From an uncultured Bacteroidales bacterium (GTDB lineage: Bacteria; Bacteroidota; Bacteroidia; Bacteroidales; M50B96), in the NCBI GenBank assembly GCA_964388245.1, contig CAYLZH010000004.1:1-54817 (forward strand): DNA of 54,817 nt. The letters are read 5' to 3'. Made by a program: the position numbers and the translations under genes. The notes beneath the pieces were generated by a model. That model did no database searches, had not been told where the DNA came from, and saw only the letters and a list, made by a program, of their open reading frames with translations. Shown here piece by piece: positions 1 through 8,885 of this stretch. Numbering within the stretch: the first letter of the stretch is position 1; every line of letters begins with the position of its first letter.

Positions 1-1322
1 TGAAGTTTTACATTATCATAATATTTATAGCTCTATTTAGCCCTCTTTCACTGATGGCACAAACAGAGCTATATTCACTTGAAGATTGTATCAACTATGC
101 TATTGAAAAAAGCACTGATATTAACCGGGTTCAAAACAATGTGGCGACCCAAAATGCATATCTCGAACAATCAACAGCAGCACGATTACCAAATCTCCAA
201 CTGGGGATTAATCAGCAGCTAAGCTCAACAGGTAGTTACAATACAACGACTAGCGAATGGAGCAGAAATGGCAACAATTCGGTAAATGCTTCGCTTGGTT
301 CGCAAGTAACATTATACAATGAATTAAAGCTTAAAAATACGATTCTCCAGGATCAAATAAATCTTAAGGCAGCTGAATCGGATATTCAGACAGAGGAGGA
401 GCTTTTAAGTATAAATGTTCTGTCATTTTTTATTGATGTTTTATTGGCAAAAGATAACCTGAAGAACGCTAAGTTACAGTTAGAAGCAACTCAAAAACAA
501 TTAAAATACGCCGAAGCACGCAAAGAAGCAGGAGCTATCTCCCTTTCCGATTTGCTCAATATAAAATCACAACTTGCAAGCGACAAAACTACCTTTACCG
601 AAGCAGAAAGCAGTTTGCGTTTAACCTTGGTTTATCTAATGCAGCTGATGAATATGCCAGTATCCGACGATTTTGATATTCAACAACCCGACGTTGATTT
701 AATAATCAACCATGATATTGAGACCAATTCGGAAGTTGTATATGCAGTTGCTTTGGGGATTCAACCAAATGTTGAAACGGCTATACTCAATATAGAAAGT
801 GCAAAAACAGGAATTAGCATTGCAAAATCAGGATTCATGCCCAGCTTAACTTTAAACGGTGGGGTAAGTACCGGATATGCTTCAAATTTCAACAATCTTA
901 ATTTTGGAGATCAATTTACCAACAGCGTAAATCCCTATGTGGGGCTTAACTTATCCATTCCTATTTATCAACGGAAACAAACCAAAACACAAGTTAAGCT
1001 AGCTCAAATACAAGTCAATAATTCGGAGTTAGAATTATTAGATATAAAAATCAACTTAAGAAAATACATTGAGAAAGCTTGTACCGATGCACAAACAGCA
1101 CAAAGCAACTATTCAGCTTTGCAGGAACAATTGGAAGCCGAAAAAGAATCGTACCAGGTAGCCAATGAAATGTTTACACAGGGTATGCTCAACTCTGTTG
1201 ATTTTCTTCAATCAAAAAACAATTTAATTATTGCTGAAAACAAGTTCACACAAGCCAAATACAATCTTATTCTTCAATATAAGATTATAGACTATTACCT
1301 GGGAAATTCAATTGTATTGTAA
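1..1322 (+). CDS. TolC-family outer-membrane efflux channel (5' end at or just beyond the window edge)
   Basis: The frame of ORF 54..1322 stays open back to nt 3 and reads KFYIIIIFIALFSPLSLMAQ, a signal peptide. nt 1-2 'tg' could be the last two bases of the ATG. The sequence has the two-fold repeated OEP/TolC-like helical pattern. It is the first gene of a TolC-adaptor-ATPase-permease operon. Confidence 0.8.
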   Translation, partial: KFYIIIIFIALFSPLSLMAQTELYSLEDCINYAIEKSTDINRVQNNVATQNAYLEQSTAARLPNLQLGINQQLSSTGSYNTTTSEWSRNGNNSVNASLGSQVTLYNELKLKNTILQDQINLKAAESDIQTEEELLSINVLSFFIDVLLAKDNLKNAKLQLEATQKQLKYAEARKEAGAISLSDLLNIKSQLASDKTTFTEAESSLRLTLVYLMQLMNMPVSDDFDIQQPDVDLIINHDIETNSEVVYAVALGIQPNVETAILNIESAKTGISIAKSGFMPSLTLNGGVSTGYASNFNNLNFGDQFTNSVNPYVGLNLSIPIYQRKQTKTQVKLAQIQVNNSELELLDIKINLRKYIEKACTDAQTAQSNYSALQEQLEAEKESYQVANEMFTQGMLNSVDFLQSKNNLIIAENKFTQAKYNLILQYKIIDYYLGNSIVL

Positions 1323-1340
1323 TCGAAAAAAAATAAAGAA

Positions 1341-2627
1341 ATGAAAAAAAACAAAAGAAAATATCTTACTTATTCCTTTGGCTTTGTAGTAGCAGCAGGG
1401 ATTCTGTCCGCCTTTATGTATTTAAACACAGAAGATTCGGAATATGTTTTTTCCACCGTAGAAGTGGAGAAAGGATCGATAAGCAACACCATTACCGCAA
1501 CCGGAACGTTGGAAGCAACAAACACGGTTGTTGTGGGAACACAGGTGTCGGGGGTTATCGAAAAACTTTATGTTGATTTTAACTCGGTTGTAAAAAAGGG
1601 ACAATTGATTGCCGAGTTGGACAAATCAACTTTACAATCGAGTTTAGAAAATGCCGAAGCCGATTTAGAAAGGATCGAAGCAAATTTTGAATATCAGGAA
1701 TCGTGTTTGGAAAGAAATAAAGCTTTGTTCGATAAAGATTTATTGGCAAAAAGCGATTACGATCTGGTTCTATACAATTATAAAACAAGTAAAGCAGAAG
1801 TAAAATCGGCAAAGGCAAACCTGGAAAGGGCACAGCGCAATTTGTCTTATGCTTCGATATATTCGCCAATTGACGGGGTGGTTTTGAACCGTGCGGTAGA
1901 AGAAGGGCAAACAGTTGCTTCCAGCATGAATACCCCTGAGTTGTTTACCATTGTCAACGATCTTTCTACCATGCAGGTGGAGGCCGATGTTGACGAAGCC
2001 GATATTGGTATGGTAAAAACAGGTCAGCGGGTTGAGTTTACTGTTGATGCCTTTTCTGATGAAACGTTTCAGGGCAAAATCTCAGAGGTTCGGTTGCAAC
2101 CGTCAGAATCGCAGAATGTAATTACCTATACCGTAATTGTTGAATTTGAAAATCCAGAGCTAAAACTAAAACCGGGCATGACAGCCAGTATAACTGATTT
2201 TGTTGAGGAAGCAGATGATGTTTTGCTGTTGGCCGCAAAAGCTACCCGTTTTATTCCTGACAGACAATTGTTGGAATCTTATATGGATCAGTTCCCGGTA
2301 GATGAGCAGGCGAACCGGCCAAAAACGGGTGTTGGCGAAAGGCCTGGTTCACCTCAGGGAAGGCACGGAAAATTAGACGATTCACACAAAATGATCTGGG
2401 TAAAAGAAGGTGACCTTATGCGTCCTGTTGTTATTGAGGTGGGAATAAACGATGGCTCCAACTTAGAGGTAATATCAGGTTTAGATGAAGGTAATTTGGT
2501 AGTCACTTCTTTTGAAATAGGAGAAGATTCCAAAGAAGTAAAATCATCATCAAACGACGATGAGCAAAAAAGCCCATTTGTACAAGAAAGACCCGCACGC
2601 AAAGGTGGAGGAGGCCCACCACGTTAA
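1341..2627 (+). CDS. HlyD/MacA-family periplasmic adaptor of an ABC-type efflux pump
   Basis: There is an N-terminal membrane anchor (YLTYSFGFVVAAGILSAFMYL). Lipoyl-like half motifs (VGTQVSGVIEKLYVDFNSVVKKGQLIAELD ... IYSPIDGVV) flank a long coiled-coil hairpin. The gene starts 18 nt after the TolC stop. The C-terminal tail is low-complexity and Gly/Pro-rich. Confidence 0.85.
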   Translation: MKKNKRKYLTYSFGFVVAAGILSAFMYLNTEDSEYVFSTVEVEKGSISNTITATGTLEATNTVVVGTQVSGVIEKLYVDFNSVVKKGQLIAELDKSTLQSSLENAEADLERIEANFEYQESCLERNKALFDKDLLAKSDYDLVLYNYKTSKAEVKSAKANLERAQRNLSYASIYSPIDGVVLNRAVEEGQTVASSMNTPELFTIVNDLSTMQVEADVDEADIGMVKTGQRVEFTVDAFSDETFQGKISEVRLQPSESQNVITYTVIVEFENPELKLKPGMTASITDFVEEADDVLLLAAKATRFIPDRQLLESYMDQFPVDEQANRPKTGVGERPGSPQGRHGKLDDSHKMIWVKEGDLMRPVVIEVGINDGSNLEVISGLDEGNLVVTSFEIGEDSKEVKSSSNDDEQKSPFVQERPARKGGGGPPR

Positions 2628-2667
2628 ACCATGAACACAGAATCTAAAAACTTGATAATCTTTTAAA

Positions 2668-3426
2668 ATGGAACGTAAAGTAATCATATCAATACAAAAC
2701 TTACAAAAGCACTATGTTGTTGGAGAGGAAACCATTAAGGCTCTTAATGGAATAGACCTCTCTGTTCAAAAAGGTGAGTTTCTGGCTATAATGGGAGCAA
2801 GTGGTTCCGGCAAATCAACTTTATTAAATATTTTAGGATGCTTGGATTTGCCTACCAATGGAGATTATTATCTGGATGGAGAAAATGTAAAATCGTTAAA
2901 TAAAAACCAGTTGGCGACCATACGGAATCTAAAACTTGGTTTTGTTTTTCAATCGTATAACCTTTTGCCACGCACAACAGCCCTGGAAAATGTAGAGTTG
3001 CCCTTGCTTTACAATCCTTTGGTTGGTAATGCCGAGCGAAAAGAAAGGGCCCAAAAGGCTCTAGTTGCTGTGGGATTAAAAGATCGGATGAAGCATTTAT
3101 CGAACCAAATGTCGGGGGGACAACAACAGCGTGTGGCTATAGCACGGTCATTAGTGAATGATCCTGTAGTGATTTTTGCCGACGAAGCAACCGGAAATCT
3201 TGATACTCGCACATCGTACGAAATTATGGCCCTTTTTCAAGAGCTTAACGAAAAAGGAATGACTATATGTTTTGTAACCCACGAAACTGATATTGCAGCC
3301 TTCACGAGCCGTAATGTGGTTTTTCGTGATGGGAAAATTATAAAAGATATTGCGGTGGAGAACAGAGAAAATGCTTTGGAAGCTTTGTCAGAAGTGGTTG
3401 AGAACAAAGTAGAGTTTGAATATTAG
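2668..3426 (+). CDS. ABC transporter ATP-binding protein, MacB/LolD type
   Basis: Walker [10 protein letters not shown], signature [14 protein letters not shown], Walker [13 protein letters not shown] and H-loop VTHE are all present. Confidence 0.9.
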   Translation: MERKVIISIQNLQKHYVVGEETIKALNGIDLSVQKGEFLAIMGASGSGKSTLLNILGCLDLPTNGDYYLDGENVKSLNKNQLATIRNLKLGFVFQSYNLLPRTTALENVELPLLYNPLVGNAERKERAQKALVAVGLKDRMKHLSNQMSGGQQQRVAIARSLVNDPVVIFADEATGNLDTRTSYEIMALFQELNEKGMTICFVTHETDIAAFTSRNVVFRDGKIIKDIAVENRENALEALSEVVENKVEFEY

Positions 3427-3448
3427 TTTATTAAAAAAGAATAATGAA

Positions 3449-4669
3449 ATGAGATTTTTAAACCTGATAAAAATTGCAATAGCTGCCATTAGACGAAATA
3501 AAATGCGTTCGTTTTTAACCATGCTTGGTATTGTAATCGGTGTTGCAGCGGTAATTGCTATGTTGGCAATTGGTTATGGCTCAAGTGCCAGTATTCGCGA
3601 AACCATATCATCAATGGGCACCAACCTGATCAATGTAATACCTGCCAGCCAAAATGTAGGTGGTGTGCGTCAAGGTCGTTCGTCGTCGCCTACTCTTTAT
3701 GTCGAAGATGTAACTTACTTAAAAAACAACAGCACTTTAATAGATGCAGTTTCGCCCGAGATGGACGGGAGTGGCCAGATTGTTTATGGATCGAACAATT
3801 GGCCTACTTCAATCTATAGTGGTAATGAAGATTATCCGCACATAAAAAAATACGAAATTGCTTCAGGGCGAATTTATTCTACAAAAGAAATTAAGACTGC
3901 TGCTAAAGTATGTTTAGTAGGGCAAACCATAATTGAAAATATCTTTAGCGAAGATGAAGATCCCATTGGCAAAACCATCCGCTTTAACAATATCCCGTTT
4001 AAGGTAATAGGTACTTTAAAAGAAAAGGGAGACAATACCTTTGGGCAAGATCAGGACGATATGATTCTGGCACCGTACACAACAGTAATGAAGCGGCTTT
4101 TCAGGCAAAACTATTTACGGGCAATCGTAATATCGGCCAAATCGGAAGACTTAATTACTGAAACAAGCACTGAAATAACCGAGCTTTTACGATTATCGCA
4201 TAAGTTGAGCGATAGTGAAGATGATGATTTTGAAATCAGGACACAGGAAGAATTGATCAGCAACTTCGGTTCGATATCGGAAATGATGTTGGTTTTGCTG
4301 GGATCGATTGCGGCAATTTCGTTGGTCGTAGGCGGCATTGGCATTATGAATATTATGTATGTATCGGTTACCGAACGTACACGCGAAATTGGTTTGCGAA
4401 TGTCTATTGGTGGAAAAGGGAGAGATATACTACGGCAATTTCTATTGGAAGCAATGTTGTTGAGTATCCTCGGAGGAATTATTGGTGTTGGGGGTGGTAT
4501 CCTAAGTTCGAATATTGTAGAGAATGCCCTTGGATGGCCCGTTCTGGTTACAACTAAATCCATCTTGCTATCCTTTTTGTTTTGCACATTTATAGGAGTG
4601 TTTTTTGGGTGGTACCCGGCACGCAAAGCTTCGGCCCTTAACCCCATTGAGGCACTCAGACACGAATAA
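3449..4669 (+). CDS. ABC transporter permease, MacB/FtsX type
   Basis: The ATG at 3449 gives MRFLNLIKIAIAAIRRNKMRSFLTMLGIVIGVAAVIAM (TM1). A large periplasmic domain and a C-terminal FtsX-like TM bundle follow. The track start at 3416 is a TTG that overlaps the ATPase stop, so it is less likely. Confidence 0.85.
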   Translation: MRFLNLIKIAIAAIRRNKMRSFLTMLGIVIGVAAVIAMLAIGYGSSASIRETISSMGTNLINVIPASQNVGGVRQGRSSSPTLYVEDVTYLKNNSTLIDAVSPEMDGSGQIVYGSNNWPTSIYSGNEDYPHIKKYEIASGRIYSTKEIKTAAKVCLVGQTIIENIFSEDEDPIGKTIRFNNIPFKVIGTLKEKGDNTFGQDQDDMILAPYTTVMKRLFRQNYLRAIVISAKSEDLITETSTEITELLRLSHKLSDSEDDDFEIRTQEELISNFGSISEMMLVLLGSIAAISLVVGGIGIMNIMYVSVTERTREIGLRMSIGGKGRDILRQFLLEAMLLSILGGIIGVGGGILSSNIVENALGWPVLVTTKSILLSFLFCTFIGVFFGWYPARKASALNPIEALRHE

Positions 4670-4724
4670 ATATTAATTTAAAAATTTAAGAAAATGAAAA
4701 AGAACATATTAATTATTGAATACC

Positions 4725-4767
4725 GAATCCCCAACAATAAGCAATTTATTTTCGTTGGGGATTTTTG
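4725..4767 (+). terminator. Rho-independent terminator of the efflux operon
   Basis: The stem AATCCCCAAC (4726-4735) pairs with GTTGGGGATT (4754-4763) across an 18-nt loop. It runs into a T5 tract and lies 56 nt after the permease stop. Confidence 0.6.
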
Positions 4768-4893
4768 GGTGCCAGACCCCCACTTTTACCAACATGTTGT
4801 TTAAATATAATCTGATTACAGATTAGGAACTTTGAATCTCATATCCCATCTTTCTAAAACATTGAATGTGAAACATCAACGCATTTCATTTAA

Positions 4894-4962
4894 CCATATG
4901 AGGCATATAAGGTCATATGAGAAAATAAATGTATCTTATATGTTCTTATATGCCTTATATGG
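4894..4962. repeat. 69-nt imperfect palindrome built from 9-10-bp periodic CATATRAG units (3 direct plus 3 inverted)
   Basis: The left arm is 4894-4922 (ccatatgaggcatataaggtcatatgaga) and the right arm is 4934-4962 (tcttatatgttcttatatgccttatatgg), with an 11-nt loop. Hand pairing gives 25 Watson-Crick pairs, 3 G.T pairs and 1 mismatch out of 29. The G.T pairs are wobble-compatible only in a plus-strand RNA. Confidence 0.8.
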
Positions 4963-5038
4963 TATAACCTATTATCGTGTCAATTCTATGTTCAACTTAG
5001 TCACTTCCCGCGCAGCGGATTAAATTTATATTTGTAAT

Positions 5039-6118
5039 ATGATTTTTTCAAAAGATAAAATAGAAAAGTGGTTGCCACACTTTATTGGTTTGCTCCTGTT
5101 TCTGATTTTGCCAATCTTTGTTTTCGATAGGGAAAACGAGCGTGCCATTTACTGGATGTACAGTTATTATTATCAACTATCATTTATGATTGTAGCTTTT
5201 TATGTAAACTATCTGGTTATAGTTCCCCGTTTCTTTTTTTCTAAACGAAGGATTTCCTTCTTTACTATCTTGTTTTTGTTTACTGTATTATTACTAGCCA
5301 TTTCTCAGTATTTATACGATGTTATTGAATTAGAAAGCTTACGTCCGAACAACAATCTACCCGAAGGTAGTATTCGCCCAAAAAGCAGAAGCAGGTTTGG
5401 ATTACACCCTAAACTTGTCGATAATTTCTTCCTGTTATTAATTGTATTGGGATTTAGTAGCGGAATGGCAATCATTCAACGTCTCAGGAAAAATGAATCT
5501 ACTCAAAAAGAAATTGAAAAAGCCCGTGTCGATTCCGAGTTGGCTTTCTTGAAAAATCAAATCAGCCCTCATTTCTTTTTTAATGCCTTGAACAACATTT
5601 ATGGATTAATTGCTATTGATAGCGATAAAGCACAGCAAGCAGTTGAAAAACTTTCTGGCTTAATGCGCTACCTTATTTACGATTCAAATAGCAATACCAT
5701 TGAATTACAAAAAGAGTTTGACTTTAATTTGAAGTATATTTTGTTAATGCAACAGCGTTTGAGCTCAAAAGTTAAGCTTTATGTTGATATTGATGAAAAA
5801 ATCCCTGATGAAAAAATTCCTCCATTAATGTTTATACCTTTTATTGAAAATGCATTTAAGCATGGGATTAGTTATCGTGAAAACTCGTTTATCTCTATCC
5901 TGCTAAAAACAGAAAACAACAAGGCTGTTTTCGAATGTAAAAATAGTATCCCAACAAATCGGGAACAAAATGAAACCAAAGGAGGAGTTGGTATAGCGAA
6001 TATTCAAAAGCGATTAGATTTGATTTATGGCAGCTCTTTTAAGTTGGATATTAATAAAGAGAACAAAGAGTATCACGTACAATTAACGGTACCTTTTAAA
6101 AGCGGAATAAATGACTAA
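5039..6118 (+). CDS. LytS/YehU-type sensor histidine kinase
   Basis: There is an N-terminal multi-TM region. The His_kinase motif ISPHFFFNALNNI, the N-box FIENAFKHG and the G-box GGVGIANIQKRL are present. Confidence 0.85.
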   Translation: MIFSKDKIEKWLPHFIGLLLFLILPIFVFDRENERAIYWMYSYYYQLSFMIVAFYVNYLVIVPRFFFSKRRISFFTILFLFTVLLLAISQYLYDVIELESLRPNNNLPEGSIRPKSRSRFGLHPKLVDNFFLLLIVLGFSSGMAIIQRLRKNESTQKEIEKARVDSELAFLKNQISPHFFFNALNNIYGLIAIDSDKAQQAVEKLSGLMRYLIYDSNSNTIELQKEFDFNLKYILLMQQRLSSKVKLYVDIDEKIPDEKIPPLMFIPFIENAFKHGISYRENSFISILLKTENNKAVFECKNSIPTNREQNETKGGVGIANIQKRLDLIYGSSFKLDINKENKEYHVQLTVPFKSGIND

Positions 6119-6836
6119 GATAAGCTGCATAGCAATAGATGACGAACCGATAGCTTTGGGGATAGTTGTTTCACATATTAAGAAAATCCCATATCTCGAA
6201 TTACTTGCGGAGTTCGATAACCCCATTGACGCATCGGAGTTTTTACAGGAACACGAGGTGCAGCTTATATTCCTTGATATTAATATGCCTGACTTGTCAG
6301 GTGTTGAGTTTGCCCGTACTTTAGACAAAAACAGCAAGGTGATATTTACCACAGCCTACGACAAATACGCCGTAGAAGGCTTTCAGCTTCATGCCCTCGA
6401 CTACTTATTAAAACCCATTAGTTACGAGGTATTTGCCAATTCGGTTAAGCATGCTAAGGAATATTTTGATTTAGTCGGATCCAAGGAATCTGAAACACCA
6501 ATAAACACAAACGAAAATTATTTATTTGTTAAAGCCGATTATCAAATACACCGTATTGAATTCGATGACATTCTCTACTTCGAAGGATTAAAAGACTATG
6601 TAAAACTTTACACTGAAAATTCATCAAAATCAATTGTTTTTCATTCAACTATGAAGTCGTTGGAAGAAAAACTTCCTTTAGACCGCTTTATGAGGGTACA
6701 CCGTTCGTTTATTGTCTCTTTGAATAAAATTAAAACCATAGAGCGTGACCGGATTCTTTTTGGCGAGAAGCGCATCCCCATTAGCAAACAATATAAACCG
6801 AGGTTTGATGAATTTGTCGCGAAAAAGTTTTTGTAA
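6111..6836 (+). CDS. LytTR-family response regulator
   Basis: A receiver domain (IAIDDEP ... FLDINMPDLSG) is followed by a C-terminal LytTR DNA-binding domain (FMRVHRSFIVSLNKI). The gene overlaps the kinase gene by 8 nt (ATGACTAA). Confidence 0.9.
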   Translation: MTKISCIAIDDEPIALGIVVSHIKKIPYLELLAEFDNPIDASEFLQEHEVQLIFLDINMPDLSGVEFARTLDKNSKVIFTTAYDKYAVEGFQLHALDYLLKPISYEVFANSVKHAKEYFDLVGSKESETPINTNENYLFVKADYQIHRIEFDDILYFEGLKDYVKLYTENSSKSIVFHSTMKSLEEKLPLDRFMRVHRSFIVSLNKIKTIERDRILFGEKRIPISKQYKPRFDEFVAKKFL

Positions 6837-6998
6837 TACCAATTTCATTTAAAATCTGACAGCTCTTGGATCCGCAGAAAACCTACCAAAAGCTTTCGGT
6901 ATCGCTAGTTACAATGGGCATTGCCGATGCTACTACAAATTGACTTTAGAAGAGAAGCGAGCTAAAGACGCAACTACAATCTTAAGTAGAATGATGGG

Positions 6999-8741
6999 CT
7001 ACACCTGGTTCAAAAACTCAATCAGGTTATCGTAGTTTTCCAGGCCCAGTTTTTTACGAAGCCTGTATCGGGCCACTTCAATGCTATTGGTCGATTGATA
7101 GGTGATGGCAGCAATTTCTTTGGTTGTCATGTTTAGTTTCAGAAATGCACAAAGCTTTAACTCGTTTGGTGTGAGCGAAGGGAATTTCTTGCTAAGGGAT
7201 TCATTGAAATCAAAGTGAACTTTTTGGAATCGTGTTTCAAATTCTTTCCAATTGTCCTCAGAGGTGTTTTGGTGTATTTCAGTAATAATTTTGATTAAAT
7301 ATTTTTGATTGTCCTGGGCGAATTTTTGCATTGATTTTTTTAACTCATCAGCAATATTATGCATAAACTCGCTTTTCTTCAACAGGTACATGGCATTGGT
7401 CATTAGCTCTTTATTGCGGAAATCGAGGTCGATTTCCAGATTCTTTTTTACGAGTTCGGCTTGTTTTACCTGATTTTTCTTTTTTCTGTAAATCAAGAGG
7501 AAAGTGAGGAAAATTACTATCAATATCAGTACAATTGCAAATATTGTGGTTTGGAGAAGCTGGATTTTTTTGCCTTGTATCTCAACCAGGTATTGCTTTC
7601 GCTCCAGTTCTTTGTCGTGGTTGTGTTTCATGTCTAATAAGATAACCTGATTTACCGCTTTTTCGTTCCTGAAACTATCGGTGTAAGCAGTATGTATTTC
7701 CTGATATTTATAGGCACTATCGTATTGGTTTAACAGGGCAAAGTTGTGATGAAGATATCTGGTGGATGTACGAACAAGTATGGGCATAGTCTCGTTTATT
7801 CCCAGCTGATAGGCAGCCATTGCAAAGCTCACACTTTTCGCAAAGTCTTGGTTCGAATGATAAAGCGAACTGTAAAACACCAGCGAATTACCTTTTAAAA
7901 CCAGATGATTGATTCGATCTGCTATTTCGCTGGCTTTACGCAGGTTGATGAGCGAAAGGCTTGTATCATTCATTTGCCGGTATAACAAGCTCAAATTAAG
8001 ATAGCACAAACCTTCGGTGTAAATATCATTAATTTCCTGACTAAGCATTAAGGATTTCTGGCAATAATCCTGAGCCTTATCGTAATACCCTATGCCTCCG
8101 TATGCTGCTGCAATGTTAAGGTATATCTTAGGTAGGCTCTCTTTCTTTGAAAGTCGCTCGAAAATGGTAAATGACTGCTGATAAAATTCAAGTGCTTTGT
8201 CGTGATTGCCTTGTCGCAGGTAAATAGTTCCAATTCCATTAAGTGCCTTCCCCTGACAATCTTCGAAGTTATGTTCTTCTGCTCCCTTCAGAGACAGAAA
8301 CAGGTACTCCGAGCCTCTCGACAGGTTTCCATACTCAATAGATAAAAGCCCCAGGTTTAAGTACGACAGGTACTGCTCTTTCAGAAAATTGTTACTTAAT
8401 GCCAATTCGATCGATTCCTTTGAATTCATAAGGGCTGAATTCAAATCGTATTTTTTTATATTGATATAAGCCAGTTTTACTAAAGCCTGGGCCATCATAC
8501 TTTCATTACCTAACTCCCTCGCCAACTTTACTGCATCTTTTGCATAGTGAAATGATTTAGGATTGTTACTATCAATCAACAAATCAGAGAGAGAAATCAG
8601 TGTTTTGAATTTTTCATCAGCATTTCCAGACGACAAGAGAACTTGTTCAAGACTGTCAATATTTTTTGGTGTTGCAATAACCTGGGGCGGGCTACTCAAC
8701 AAAATGGAGGCAATAAGGATAATTAAAGTGCAAGCTTTCAT
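6999..8741 (-). CDS. Membrane-anchored TPR-repeat protein with a C-terminal LuxR-type HTH (one-component regulator)
   Basis: The protein has a signal peptide, ~340 aa of TPR-like repeats and a coiled coil. One TM segment (TTIFAIVLILIVIFLTFLLIY) follows. The C-terminus carries a LuxR/GerE HTH (LTPNELKLCAFLKLNMTTKEIAAITYQSTNSIEVARYRLRKKLGL). Confidence 0.8.
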   Translation of the reverse strand: MKACTLIILIASILLSSPPQVIATPKNIDSLEQVLLSSGNADEKFKTLISLSDLLIDSNNPKSFHYAKDAVKLARELGNESMMAQALVKLAYINIKKYDLNSALMNSKESIELALSNNFLKEQYLSYLNLGLLSIEYGNLSRGSEYLFLSLKGAEEHNFEDCQGKALNGIGTIYLRQGNHDKALEFYQQSFTIFERLSKKESLPKIYLNIAAAYGGIGYYDKAQDYCQKSLMLSQEINDIYTEGLCYLNLSLLYRQMNDTSLSLINLRKASEIADRINHLVLKGNSLVFYSSLYHSNQDFAKSVSFAMAAYQLGINETMPILVRTSTRYLHHNFALLNQYDSAYKYQEIHTAYTDSFRNEKAVNQVILLDMKHNHDKELERKQYLVEIQGKKIQLLQTTIFAIVLILIVIFLTFLLIYRKKKNQVKQAELVKKNLEIDLDFRNKELMTNAMYLLKKSEFMHNIADELKKSMQKFAQDNQKYLIKIITEIHQNTSEDNWKEFETRFQKVHFDFNESLSKKFPSLTPNELKLCAFLKLNMTTKEIAAITYQSTNSIEVARYRLRKKLGLENYDNLIEFLNQV

Positions 8742-8885
8742 AATGTCAAAAATAGATATTATTTCACTAAGGAGGTTTTTTTACAAAACCTTTTACCAAG
8801 CAAAGACAGGCGAATCTTGCGTATGGTGGCCTTAAATGTGAATTCTTCTAATTAAGCTAAAGCCATCTATTCGATTGACTCCCAT

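Noticed and set aside
4111-4647. A long antisense ORF (178 aa) inside the permease gene. Similar antisense ORFs occur at 24443..25147 (234 aa), 22708..23151, 37995..38378, 39925..40317 and 42023..42451.
   Set aside because: All lie fully inside well-supported genes on the opposite strand. They have low-complexity or odd composition, no recognisable motifs and no independent start signals. They are typical shadow ORFs.
4832-5023. A 63-aa ORF upstream of the histidine kinase. A small ATG ORF at 4694-4810 was also noticed.
   Set aside because: The first is produced by reading through the CATATRAG palindrome. The second spans the efflux-operon terminator hairpin. Neither has features of a real peptide gene.
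5027-5034. A TATATTTG (TAnnTTTG) box 4 nt before the kinase ATG. A similar TATTTTTG lies at 8754-8747, 5 nt before the LuxR-type gene ATG.
   Set aside because: A -7 box this close would place the transcription start at or inside the start codon. In such AT-rich upstream sequence the match is likely fortuitous, so these are not reported as promoters.
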